Shown: positions 48,787 to 61,312, counted from the whole stretch's first letter. The stretch is DNA of 63,594 nucleotides, filler included, from Octopus bimaculoides (GCF_001194135.2; 9 parts of 9 records of this genome joined end to end with filler, not necessarily neighbours in it); one strand, 5' to 3'. The notes: generated from the letters alone by a model not told the origin. Numbers and translations: made by a program.

Positions 48787-48826
48787 GATTCTGAGGAAGT
48801 ATCGTCATCATCATCATCATTATTAT

Positions 48827-49520
48827 TCAGTAGTTATATCTTTATAACGTACTTTCACTTCACTACCGAGCGCAGCTCTGTGTGCCTTGGGTATGTGCTG
48901 TGGTTTGCTGTGATGCTCTTATGGTTACTGTATTGAAAGTGTTTTGCGTAGAATGTGTGCAGTACCCAGTAGTGCAATTTTCTGTATGTTATATATATTT
49001 GTAAGTCCTAGTGTTTTTGTTATGTATTTGTCTGAATATTGTTTTATTATACCTAAGGCACCTACTATGATAGGAATTGTTTCTGTTTTTAGATTCCACA
49101 TTCGAGTTACCTCTATTTCCAAATTTTGTATTTTGAAAGTTTCTCCATTTCTTTTAAGGAAACGTTGTCATCTGCTGGTATTGATACATCAATTAGAAAG
49201 CATTTTTTTCCTTCATGATCTTTGACAACTATATCTGGTTTATTGGCCTTAATTTCTCTATCTGTGTGTATTGGCATATCCCAGAGTATGGTTGCTTTCT
49301 CGTTTTCTGTGACCTTTTCTGGCGTGTGTTTTTATACCATCTTTTTCTGTTGTTATTCCACTGTTGGCATAGATTCCAGTGTATATAGGTCCCAGCTCTG
49401 TCGTGTCTGTGAATATATTCCTTCTTAGCCAGGACTGGGCAGCCAGAGATAATATGATTTATTGTTTCTTGTCTATCGCCACATATTCTGCAGTTACTTG
49501 TTATGTTTCTTTTCATTATA

Positions 49521-49522
<2 letters not shown>
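48827..49522 (-). mobile_element. RLE LINE 3' fragment, second subfamily
   Basis: HIMKRNITSNCRICGDRQETINHIISGCPVLAKKEYIHRHD..WDMPIHTDREIKANKPDIVVK..LIDVSIP..IPIIVGALG..QKIALLGTAHILRKTLSIQ* (stop 48925). Flanked by (TTA)n runs on both sides. Confidence 0.9.
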
Positions 49523-49570
<48 letters not shown>

Positions 49571-49572
<2 letters not shown>

Positions 49573-49872
49573 TGATGCAAACTCACAGATTATTTTCTTG
49601 GGTATGATGGAAAGTGTCAGCTGTACACAGTCAGCAGACTAAGGTGATACTTATTTACTGGTCATGCTTCAAAAATTCTGCGAAGAATTCTCGCAGTTCC
49701 GAGCAATGCTGATTTTTGTAGGTGTTGTACCTTTGCATTTGTACCAATCTTTTTGACTCATGCTGGTTGTTGGGTGTTGATACTTCCAAGTATGCCAATT
49801 ACTATTGGAACCACGCCTTCTCTCCTCATTGACAACAACCTTCGTATTTCCCACTTCAAATCGTCATAGTTG
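49571..49872 (-). mobile_element. RLE LINE extreme 3' end, same family as 46437-47632
   Basis: NYDDLKWEIRR.. plus a 3' UTR nearly collinear with 46437-46740 (gggtatgatggaaagtgtcag...). Abuts (TTA)n. Confidence 0.85.
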
Positions 49873-49880
49873 TATTATTG

Positions 49881-50257
49881 TTATTACCTCCGCCTTAGCG
49901 AAGGAGGGGGTATTGTTTTCAATCGTGTTTGTTTGTTTTTTTGTCCGTGAACAAAATATCTCAAGAACCGCTGGATGGATTTGGATGAAACTTTCAGAGA
50001 TGCTTGACCTCGTGACTGGCACGAACTGATTAGATTTTGGGATCTATCCAGTCCTGGACAAGGATTCTGGGTTATTTTTTCTGTTTTTTTTAATACTTAA
50101 TTTTTGATAGCGGTCTGGTTCGTTTTTAGTATTTTCGTTTGTGAGAGAAGTCGAGTTTACTTCAGATATTCTCATTTTAAAAATCATCTCCGGCTAATCG
50201 TTGAGAGGACGTTGGTGTTGCCTCGGTGGAGGTTTGCGCTCTCTGAGTGCTCTTGTT
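49881..50257 (+). mobile_element. Second HINE-like copy, inserted between two RLE LINE fragments
   Basis: Collinear with 42753-43125 over about 370 bp and has the same terminal structures. Confidence 0.75.
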
Positions 50258-51010
50258 ATTGTTTTGCTTCTCAGAAGTTCGGTCTTGTTTGTTCTGGTAA
50301 TTTTGTGGGAGCGGTCAGCAGTCTGTTGTCAGAGGTCTCACAGGATCTCTTTCCACAAATTATAAGCTTTGATACTTGGTTGTTAATTATCGTGGGAGAC
50401 ATTCAACATCCAAGTATCAATCTCAAAATCCTAGCTGTCCCCAGTAGAATAGTTTTTGGGGCTTGTCCTGCTCTCGTGTCAATTCCAATTTCTTTGACAT
50501 ATTTCTTGAACTTGGTTGTTAGTGCTCCAAGAGCCCCTACAACTCCTGGAATGACACACACACTCCTCATAGTCCACATTCTTGCAATTTCATCTTTTAG
50601 CAGTCTGTACTTTTCAATCTTTTCTAGTTCTTTGTCACTTATGCGTGCATTTCTAGGTATTGCAATATCTATGATCTTGGCTTCTTTTTTTCCTTCATTT
50701 ACCATAACAATAGCTGGTCTCCGATCCTCGATTAGGGAGTCGCATCGGACTGTAAAATCCCACAGTATCTTATGTTCCTTGTTCTCGGTGACTCCTTCTG
50801 ATTCACGTTCGTACCATTTCCATGCTCTGTTCAGGCCGTACTTTTCCCATAGCTTCCAATGGACGAACTTAGCCACATTATCGTGCCTCTTTTGTAGTGC
50901 TTTTGGGCCAGTTCGCTACACTCACTCACCATATGTGAGATTGTTTCGTTTCTGCTGCCATCCATCCTACAAAGGGGAGATTTGTCATTCTTATCTATTT
51001 GGAACTTAGT

Positions 51011-51011
<1 letters not shown>
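50258..51011 (-). mobile_element. RLE LINE 3' fragment, third subfamily
   Basis: TKFQIDKNDKSPLCRM..ETISHMVSEC..RHDNVAKFVHWKL..KILWDFTVRCD..RRPAIVMV..IIDIAIP..PGVVGALG..LLGTARILRLILGC* (supplied ORF 50403-50876). Begins at (TTA)n 51012-51067. Confidence 0.9.
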
Positions 51012-51057
<46 letters not shown>

Positions 51058-51289
51058 GTTATTATTATGTTGTTTTTTTCCTTCTTTCTTCAAATTTTCT
51101 TCCATTTCTCGCCGAGTGTTTTCCGTACACCTAGGGCAGAGAAACGTTGTATGCATTCCCAATTTACACACGCAAATTCATAGGTAAAANNNNNNNNNNN
51201 NNNNNNNNNNNNNNNNNNNNNNNNNNNNNNNNNTTAATTAATTAANNNNNNNNNNNNNNNNNNNNNNNNNNNNNNNNNNNNNNNNNNNN

Positions 51290-51530
51290 TCCTATTAGTT
51301 TTATTGAAATTTCTAAGAGTGTTTAAGCCGGTTACTTCCAAAATTTCAAGACATTTTGTGTCATAAATGTTCCTGTTTGTAGATATGTGCTTGAGGTAGT
51401 GTGAATTTGAGCTGTCGATGCTCAAAAAATCTCAGACGGAGAAGTTTTGGAATGTCTTACAAATTTTAACTGTGCCGCTAACATTGGATTTGGAGAATCC
51501 GCGTAGGTGTCTTTCGCTTTTTTCGAAATA
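51290..51530 (-). mobile_element. 3' end of the same RLE family as 40965-41460
   Basis: KSNVSGTVKICKTFQNFSV* (stop at 51432), followed by a 3' UTR. Confidence 0.6.
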
Positions 51531-52767
51531 CCTAGTAATGTGTAATGTATGTATGTATGTATGTATGTATGTATGCATGTATGTATGTATGTATGTATAC
51601 ATGCTTGTACGTATGGGGATGTATAGACAAATAGACATATAATTGTGTATATATATTTATGCATATATATGTGTTCGTGTCTGTATGTGAATATTTCTGA
51701 GATTATAAAAAAATATATATGAACATATTTCTGCATATATAAATACATGTGTGTGCGCGGAAATGGTTAAGTTAGAGTTAGCATAAATAAATGCATATGT
51801 ATAAGCAAGTCAGCATATATGTCTTGTATGTCTTTTATGAGTGTGTGAGAAATATATCTATGTGAGTATATGAGTATGTAGATGAAGTATGTTGTGTGTG
51901 TGAGTCTGTGTGTGTGTTTCATGTTGCGTATTAGATTCGTCAAATAGTCTAGCTGTTTATATCTTGTTTACAGCAGCTTGAAATCACATCAAACCTGCTA
52001 TTGACAGCTATCTCTCACAGCTTGATAAATAAATACCAGTAAGGTATGACATTGAAAAAAACTCCATAAAATAAACACTAAGGCAACGTACTGGCGTCAA
52101 TTCAGCTGAATTATACTTGAGCAATAACAAACATTTTATATATAACGAAAAGAAAAAGATAACAGTTATCTTTAGACTAACAATTGCGTAAAAAATAAAA
52201 ATTCAAGGTGTACAAATAAATTTTCATTATTGGGTAGTCCTAGTTCAACCTTGACCTAGCAGATGATGAAAGGTATTCCAGCTTTGACTATCCCGTCTGG
52301 TTTTTCTTCTTTTTTTCGTTTCAGATATTAGTGTCTCTACGATTAAGTGCTGTCTAATACATATGCAATGTCGTTAATATAAAGTATAGCTTACACTTGA
52401 TATTATCCCAAGACGTTGTTTTGTTTACTATGAATAAATTCATACGTGTGTGTGTGAGAAAGAGGGAGAGAGAGACTATACATAAATTTAAATATAGTAC
52501 ATATACATACATATATACATATATACATATATATTTTTATTTATACATATATATTTTTATTTATACATATATATTNNNNNNNNNNTATGTTTGTGTATCT
52601 GTGTTTGTCCCCCCAACATCACTTGACAACCGATGTGTGTTTACGTCCCCGTAACTTAGGAAAAAGAATAAGTACTAGGCTTACAAAGAATAAGTCCTGG
52701 GGTCTATTTGCTCCACTAAAGGTCGTGCTCCAGCATGGTTACAGTCAAACAAGTAAAAGAGTAAAGG

Positions 52768-52799
<32 letters not shown>

Positions 52800-53900
52800 T
52801 CATTTATTTGTATATACATGTGTGCCTGTGCGAGCATAAGCACAACCGTATCTCCATAAGAAATAAGATTTGAAGGATAATTCGGTGCTATTTCAAACAA
52901 GTGGAGGCGCAATGGCCCACTCTTACTTCCTGTTTCTGTTGTGCCTGTAATTCAAAGGTTCAGCCTTGTCACACTGTGTCACGCTGAATATCCCCGAGAA
53001 CTACATTAAGGGCACACGTGTCTGTGGAGTGCTCAGCCACTTGCACGTTAATTTCACGAGCAGGCTGTTCCGTTGATCGGATCGACTGGAACCCTCGACG
53101 TCGTAAGCGACGGAGTGCCAACAACAACAATTTCAAACAAATTGAGTCAGCGTAGAGAGATTCCTTCGTTCTGATCCGTATATCATTGTCATTGCTGATA
53201 TCGATGCAACAACTACAGCTGCTGCTGTTGCAGTCACATGCCTATTATAATGATAAAACTCCCTCCACCACGATCCACACCTCTTGTTATGAGCTATAGT
53301 GTATGCATGTAACACCGCTCGACATTCCTTTATATGACAATTATATTTATAAAACAGCCGGGTCTACTTTGATGTACATGTCTCTTATTTCTAGCATTTG
53401 GACCGACTGCATTGAAGCGATGTTCGTTGGTATTCGATCGACAGTGTAATTGTAACTTAATCAAAATACGGTAATAAAATACGATTGTGAATTATCGAGC
53501 AATTTGTGTCACAAGCGTGGTTAGGGCGAATCAAAGGTTGTCTATAATGATAGCTATAAATAACCTGATTCAAAGAATCAAGCGATCAAAGAAATGGCAG
53601 CTGCTGTAAAGGGTTACCTTGAAGGTAATCCTTAGGTCGTACATCCGGGTAGGTATTAGCCGATTCCAGCTTAGAAGATTTTACTGTTTAAAACGACTGC
53701 TCTATTGTTGCTGCAGCTCCAACTGCTGCTGTTGTTTTTGTTGTTGTTGTTGTTGTTGTTGTTGCGGCTGCTGTTGCTGTTGTTACGAGTGTTGTTGTCA
53801 TCGACGACGACGACGACGATGACAATGACGATGACGATGACGATGATGATGATGATGAAGATGATGATAATGAGGATATTCATGTTTCCACAGACGAAAG

Positions 53901-54773
53901 GGGGAGACAATATCAATAACGAGGATAATGATGAAGAGAAAAGACGAAGGTATTCAAGGGATGAGGATGCTGATAGTGATAAGTGTAAAGAGGAGGATGG
54001 TGTACCACGAAGATGTGAATGGTGGTGGTGGTGGTGGTGGTCTTAGTGGTGGTGGTAGTTTTGGTGGTGGTCTTAGTGGTGGTCTTAGTGGTGGTGGTGG
54101 TAGTGGTGGTGTTGGTGGTGGTGGTGGTGGTGGTGGTAGTGGTGGTGGTNNNNNNNNNNNNNNNNNNNNNNNNNNNNNNNNNNNNNNNNNNNNNNNNNNN
54201 NNNNNNNNNNNNNNNNNNNNNNNNNNNNNNNNNNNNNNNNNNNNNNNNNNNNNNNNNNNNNNNNNNNNNNNNNNNNNNNNNNNNNNNNNNNNNNNNNNNN
54301 NNNNNNNNNNNNNNNNNNNNNNNNNNNNNNNNNNNNNNNNNNNNNNNNNNNNNNNNNNNNNNNNNNNNNNNNNNNNNNNNNNNNNNNNNNNNNNNNNNNN
54401 NNNNNNNNNNNNNNNNNNNNNNNNNNNNNNNNNNNNNNNNNNNNNNNNNNNNNNNNNNNNNNNNNNNNNNNNNNNNNNNNNNNNNNNNNNNNNNNNNNNN
54501 NNNNNNNNNNNNNNNNNNNNNNNNNNNNNNNNNNNNNNNNNNNNNNNNNNNNNNNNNNNNNNNNNNNNNNNNNGGGGAGACAATATCAATAACGAGGATA
54601 ATGATGAAGAGAAAAGACGAAGGTATTCAAGGGATGAGGATGCTGATAGTGATAAGTGTAAAGAGGAGGATGGTGTACCACGAAGATGTGAATGGTGGTG
54701 GTGGTGGTGGTGGTCTTAGTGGTGGTGGTAGTTTTGGTGGTGGTCTTAGTGGTGGTCTTAGTGGTGGTGGTGG
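53901..54773 (+). repeat. About 200-bp direct duplication flanking an N gap (53901-54100 and 54574-54773)
   Basis: The sequence is identical from ggggagacaatatc through the GGT-rich tract and then differs by one GGT unit. Confidence 0.9.
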
Positions 54774-55221
54774 TGGTAGTGTTGGTCTTGGTGGTCTTAG
54801 TGGTGGTGGTGGCTGTGGTGGTGGTGGTGGCTGTGGTAGTTGTGTTTTTTTTACGGTGGTGGCCGTGGTTGTTTTGGTGACAGTGGTAGTGCCTCTGCTA
54901 TTGGTGATAAGGATGATGATGATACTGACGACGAAGACGTCAATGACGATGATGATGACGAGGAGGAGGAAGAGGAGGTGGCGGAGGTGGTTGACAGCGA
55001 GTTCTGATGAGTTTCTCATTAAGATGTTCATTATATTCAATGCCTTGTTATGACTTACAACAAACACCATCACCACCACTACCACCACCATTACCCTACC
55101 TCTATCGAAAATGTCCACCACCACCACCACCGCTACACCAGAATGTGCACCCTGACCTCCAGTTCCACTACTATCACTACCTACCGCTACAATCACCATC
55201 GCAAATATCCTTCTCTGCTCT

Positions 55222-56015
55222 GAGGTAGCGAGCTGGCAGAATCGTTACAGCACCAGAAAAATAATGCTTTGCTTTCTGAGTTCAAATTCCGTCGGGATCG
55301 ACTTTGACTTTCATCCTTTCCGCATCGATAAAATAAGTACCAGTTGAGTACTGAGGTCGATGTAATCGACTTAGACACTCCCCCAAAATACTGGCCTTGT
55401 GCTAAAACTTGAAACCAATGTTATGTCTAGTTTTGAAGGTGGGGAGCAGGTAGAATGGCAGAATTGTTTGCAGGCCAAGCAAAATATAACTAGCAACATT
55501 TTATCCGTCTTTACGATCTGAGTTCAAATTCAGCTGAGGTCACTTTCTCTTTCATTCTTTCGGATCCGATAAATTAAGTACCAGCTGCGTACTCGGGTCG
55601 ATCTAATCGACTGGCCTCCTCCTCAAAAAGTTCGGGCCTTGTGCCAAGAGGAGAAGAGAATTGCTTACAGGCCAAGCAAAATATAATTAACATTTTATCC
55701 GATCTGAGTTCAAATTCAGCTGAGGTCACTTTGCCTTTCATTCTTTCAGGGACATTAAATAAGAACCAGTTGAGCGCTGGAGGCGACGTTATCAACTTAA
55801 CCCCACCCCTGAAATTGCTGGCTTTGTGCCAAAATTTGAAACCGGTATCGTTTTTTACTATTAGACCAGTGATTGTCTGATACTTATTTCGTCGAACTCG
55901 AAAGAATGAAAGGAAAAGTTGAATTTGGTAGAATTTGGTAGAATTTGGACTCAGAGCATGAAGACGGACGAAATGTTACTAAGCATTTCATCCGGAGTGG
56001 TAACGATTCGGCCAG
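55222..56015. mobile_element. Cluster of four SINE family B copies: three tandem plus-strand copies and one minus-strand copy at about 55862-56015
   Basis: The same consensus as 45671-45880. A partial copy is also present at about 59300-59410. Confidence 0.8.
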
Positions 56016-57128
56016 CTCACCATCAATAATATTACCGCCACCACTTACAAAACTAACAGAATTGCCATCACAGAAACTGCCAAAAATTACTACCGATATT
56101 GCCCCACCACCTTCACCATTGACAAGGTGACGTCGACCACCACCACCACCATCGCCACAGGCCTCTTTGCCACTACCAGTACCACCGCCACCACCGTCAA
56201 AACAAACACCACCACCGTCGCTGCCAACGCTATTGCTATTAACATCAATATCAACCAAACACTCCACCACTGACACCGCCAGGATCGTCACCGCCAGGAT
56301 CGCCGCCGCCACGATCACCGCCGCCGCCGCCGCCGCCGCCATGACCGTCACTACCACGAACATCACCACAATTAACACCACCACCACCGTTACGGCTACT
56401 GCTTCAGCGACTCTGTCTACAAGACATCTACCACTACTATCAAACTAACGACAAACACCACCTCCACCATCAACTTCAACAGTATCATCTTAATCCCCAT
56501 CATCATCATCATCATCATAATCATCATTATCATCTTCGTCGTCGTCGTCATCGTCGTCGGTAACAGGAGCAGCACCAACTGCAGCATCATTATCACCATC
56601 GTTATCATCACTTGCTTATCATTGGCATCTATAACCCTGTTTCCCTTTTTCCAGTTTTCTGTTCTTATCTGTTTTTTGTTTGTTATTTGTTTTTGTTTGT
56701 GTTTGGTTTTGTTTTTGTTCTTTTTTTCTTTTTTGGTTCTTCTTCATTTTTGTCTTTACCGTTATCGTATATTATCAGGACTTGCAAGCTGCTTAGCAAT
56801 GGGAGAAGCTGCAGAGTCGGTTAGTGAGGTGTATAACGAGATATTATTATCGGAGCCGAGATTTCTGCAAGACGACAACGACTACGACGGCAGCAGAGGC
56901 AAACACAACGAAAACATGATGATGGTGGTGATGGTGGTGGTGGTGGTGGTCGTCGTCGTCGTCGTGGTGATGATGATCCTTTCTACTATAGGCACAAGGA
57001 TAACAGAGAAGGGGATAAGTGTGGGGGAGTGGATTAGTCGATTATGTCTATTCTATTTTGTAACTGGGTTTTATTGCATCGATCCCTAAGAGGCAAATTC
57101 GACCTCGGCGGAATTTTAACTCGGAACC

Positions 57129-57184
<56 letters not shown>

Positions 57185-57187
<3 letters not shown>

Positions 57188-57430
57188 GGCACTCACACCT
57201 TTAACCGAATTGCTAAATAGAACTGGATGCGGTTGCAAATGCTACGGAAAAACAGTCAGCCACCTTCTATATATGGATGACCTAAAATTATATGCAAAAA
57301 ACGACAAAGAGCTAGAAACACTACTACAGACAGTACACGGCTTTACCAAGGAAATAGATATGAAATTCGGATTAGAAAAATGTGCCAAAGCAACCCTGAA
57401 AAGATGAAAATTAGTTAAAAGTAGCAATAT
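57185..57430 (+). mobile_element. RLE LINE reverse transcriptase fragment (YMDD)
   Basis: LALTPLTELLNRTG..VSHLLYMDDLKLYAKNDKELETLLQTVHGFTKEIDMKFGLEKCAKATLKR, with YMDD at 57270-81. Starts directly after (AAT)n and is cut by an assembly join. Confidence 0.9.
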
Positions 57431-57720
57431 NNNNNNNNNNNNNNNNNNNNNNNNNNNNNNNNNNNNNNNNNNNNTTAATTAATTAANNNNNNNNNNNNNN
57501 NNNNNNNNNNNNNNNNNNNNNNNNNNNNNNTAATTATATGGGTTACTTCTTTAATATATTCATGTATTATAATTACCGGCTTCCACACTGTGTGGGCTCG
57601 TGTGGTTGTATGAAGGGCAAAGCAGTAGATCAGCTGTCCTAAAGTACCTGACCCGTTGGAGTTAACGAATTGGTTTAAATTGCGTGGGACTTATATATAT
57701 ATGTGTGTGTATGTGTGTGT

Positions 57721-57760
<40 letters not shown>

Positions 57761-59533
57761 GTGTGTGTGTGTGTGTGTGTGTGTCTGAATAACTATTAGG
57801 AACAACTGTTAGCTAAAATATTCTTTAATCGAACAAGCAAGGGAGACAATTCAGCACTTTTCTTGTTATTCTTGTTAACCATCATTAACAGAAGTAATCT
57901 TTCTGCCATAGTTTCCAGCATGGCTGTGTAATTTTACCATATAAAAAAAAAAAATGAAAATGATAGCAAATACTATTGAGGGACTCAGATTAGGCTAGTG
58001 CAATTTTCATCATGAATAAGCTGTAACATCTGATACGAATTTTCTCTTTTCTTTCACATTTTTTTTTCCTTTTATCTTATACTTCAGTGGACTTTTAAAT
58101 GTCTCTTCTTCCAGATACGTAATAAGAATGGGATTTGCTTCTGTATTTTTTCTTCCAGAGTACAATTCCAGTAGAAAAAAAAATCTTTTCATAAAGCATT
58201 ACTGCGTGAATTACGTCCAACATGTCTAATATTTCTCTATTGAATACTATTTAGGTCTCGTGGTTTTCACCAATATTACTCAGTGTCCAATTATTGTCTT
58301 TTTTTTCTTGTTATTTAACCACCTTAGGAGAATAAAACAGCACTGTATGACTACTAAAATGCTAAAGATTTGTGTGTGTGTGTGTGTGTGTGTGTGCAAT
58401 GTAGCCATTTTACAAAATGGCGACGTCTTTTCAAATTCTGATTCAGCTATACAAATTGGCTTGCAACGAAAAGTTTTCAGAGATGGAGACGTACATATTT
58501 ACATTTGAATTAATGTATCAAATTAAATAGAAAATCCTATATAATACAAAGTGCTTCTCGCTGAGAAACAAACATAATTAACTAAAAGTGAAGTGGCTTT
58601 AGTTGGTTTAAAAGTCCTCCTTACATCTCTCGGTCGATTGATACCCTGCAGCTATGCAGCATTCATGACAAGATGAGCAAGGAACCAGGAAAACCAAAAT
58701 AATAGACGCAAAAAATAAATAGATAAATAAATAACACGAAAAAATATAAGGAGAATTTGAAATATAAAAAAGTATTGATTAATTTTGACTAAGCAAGAAG
58801 CCAGAATTTTCAATAGAATGGAAAAGAGGAAATTTGTAAGGCACATGCTTCCCCCAATGGGAATCAATGTCGCAGTGCATTCTAATTGCCTTTTATGGTT
58901 GCAACCCGACAACACTTGGAATAAATATTATTTTACGGAATGTTTTACGGTAAATAAAAACGAATTAAAGAAGCAACTATGAAACATGACACAAAACTTA
59001 ATAGCAACGTATGCCTACATAGAGATGCAATGCCCGGACCTAACTTTATAGAAGACCTGACAAAAACCTATTAGAGCTTCAGTATCGACCACGACAGCAA
59101 ATTTTGTTTTAACCTATCGAAGACTTAGCCTTTCTGGGTCTTTATTACCCATAATAAGGGAAATATTGCTGTTTACTAAAAATAGCAGCAAATTTTCATG
59201 TGTCACACAACAGCTTTGAAGGCACACACAAGATGGTATGCTAGAAAGTACACTGCATATGAAAACGACGGGAAGGCCTTCATTCGCTGCAACTTAACAT
59301 CGGATTGAATACTTTGCAGTATTTCGGTTGTCTGAGTTCAAATCTCACGGTGATCGAATTTGGCTTTCGACCAAATCGATAATCAAAGTACCAGTCAAGT
59401 ACGGAAGTTGATAATTCTCCATCCCTTCCTGTCACTCTTTTACTCTCTCACTCTCCTCTTTTCTCTCATCCCTCTCTCAATCATTTATCATTCAACTTAC
59501 CGTCACTCAATCATTTGTCTTTCAATTCACCCT

Positions 59534-59564
<31 letters not shown>

Positions 59565-59591
59565 TTATCTCTCTCTCTCTCTCTATCTTTC

Positions 59592-59624
<33 letters not shown>

Positions 59625-59829
59625 NNNNNNNNNNNNNNNNNNNNNNNNNNNNNNNNNNNNNNNNNNNNTTAATTAATTAANNNNNNNNNNNNNNNNNNNN
59701 NNNNNNNNNNNNNNNNNNNNNNNNACACACACACACACACACACACACAAATCTTTTAATATTTCCTTTTAACTTTTTATGTTTCAGCTCTAAGGCTGTG
59801 GCCATAGTGGGACACTGCCAGTGTAATCA

Positions 59830-60290
59830 CCTTTTAATTAGCCAATTCTATGTGATTGGCCTTTGGGGAAGAAAGGAGTTCGACAAGGGAGTTCATTTCA
59901 GTCCCAAGATCCCGCAGCGTATGTGATTCTGGGATTGCCGCTCCTTTTACTCCAAAGTATCGGTGTTGCGACTTCTGAGCACCAATTAGCTGGTTGCGGA
60001 GGACTTGGAATTTGCCAGAATTAAATTGCATGTTGTTGTCCTCAGCCCATTATATACGGTATCTAGATACTGTATATCTAGATACCTAGATATACGGTAC
60101 CTAGGTTTTTCAGTAGAAGATTAGCATGAGAAGGTTCCTTGAGAGCTTGTACTACTTTTGTGTCATCGGAATAGCTAGTAAGTGTGGCTGTCTGTGTAAC
60201 TGATGGCATGTCTGAAAGAATCACCATGAACATTTGCAGCCCCAATACAGTTATCTGACGCACTCTACTTCCTATTACTATCTCATTGGA
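59830..60290 (-). mobile_element. CR1/L2-like LINE reverse transcriptase fragment
   Basis: TVLGLQMFMVILSDMPSVTQTATLTSYSDDTKV (YADD-type motif) and WAEDNNMQFNSGKFQVLR. Confidence 0.8.
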
Positions 60291-60301
60291 GAGGGCCTCG
60301 C

Positions 60302-60352
<51 letters not shown>

Positions 60353-61312
60353 ATAATTATGTTTTGTTAATATAACAATACATAAAGACGGGCTAGAGTT
60401 GAAGTGCTCAGCATGAGCTAGAATTCATCTTATATTTAGCCATTATATGTTATATCATAATGTACGTTTATATATCGTAATGTTTTAACTTTAATTGTCA
60501 TATTTTCATTCAACTTGGAAATCATGCATGAATACTATAAATTTATTTATTGATTCTTGAAGGAATTGAACACACATATTATATCTTGCGTTGGACATAT
60601 GGTATTATTCCTGTGATTTTCCACCCTTATGTATCTATTTTTACTATAAGATGTATATATATANNNNNNNNNNNNNNNNNNNNNNNNNNNNNNNNNNNNN
60701 NNNNNNNNNNNNNNNNNNNNNNNNNNNNNNNNNNNNNNNNNNNNNNNNNNNNNNNNNNNNNNNNNNNNNNNNNNNNNNNNNNNNNNNNNNNNNNNNNNNN
60801 NNNNNNNNNNNNNNNNNNNNNNNNNNNNNNNNNNNNNNNNNNNNNNNNNNNNNNNNNNNNNNNNNNNNNNNNNNNNNNNNNNNNNNNNNNNNNNNNNNNN
60901 NNNNNNNNNNNNNNNNNNNNNNNNNNNNNNNNNNNNNNNNNNNNNNNNNNNNNNNNNNNNNNNNNNNNNNNNNNNNNNNNNNNNNNNNNNNNNNNNNNNN
61001 NNNNNNNNNNNNNNNNNNNNNNNNNNNNNNNNNNNNNNNNNNNNNNNNNNNNNNNNNNNNNNNNNNNNNNNNNNNNNNNNNNNNNNNNNNNNNNNNNNNN
61101 NNNNNNNNNNNNNNNNNNNNNNNNNNNNNNNNNNNNNNNNNNNNNNNNNNNNNNNNNNNNNNNNNNNNNNNNNNNNNNNNNNNNNNNNNNNNNNNNNNNN
61201 NNNNNNNNNNNNNNNNNNNNNNNNNNNNNNNNNNNNNNNNNNNNNNNNNNNNNNNNNNNNNNNNNNNNNNNNNNNNNNNNNNNNNNNNNNNNNNNNNNNN
61301 NNNNNNNNNNNT

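Noticed and set aside
53928-55053. Gly-rich GGLSGGG ORF resembling a structural protein (keratin, beak or suckerin-like)
   Set aside because: It derives from an interrupted (GGT)n tract that is open in several frames on both strands, has no signal peptide or splice support, and spans a gap and a probable false duplication.
55884-56611. Ala/Gly/Thr/Val-rich ORFs
   Set aside because: Degenerate (CAC)/(CGC)/(CAT) triplet repeats with no recognisable domain.
58040-58175. Strong polypyrimidine/AG acceptors as the next stabilin exon
   Set aside because: The phase-1 continuations hit stops within a few codons and none encodes a Cys-rich EGF start. The region also lies beyond two artificial joins.
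59025-59070. CAA TGC CCG (QCP) as the start of an EGF exon
   Set aside because: A stop follows within five codons and there is no good acceptor.
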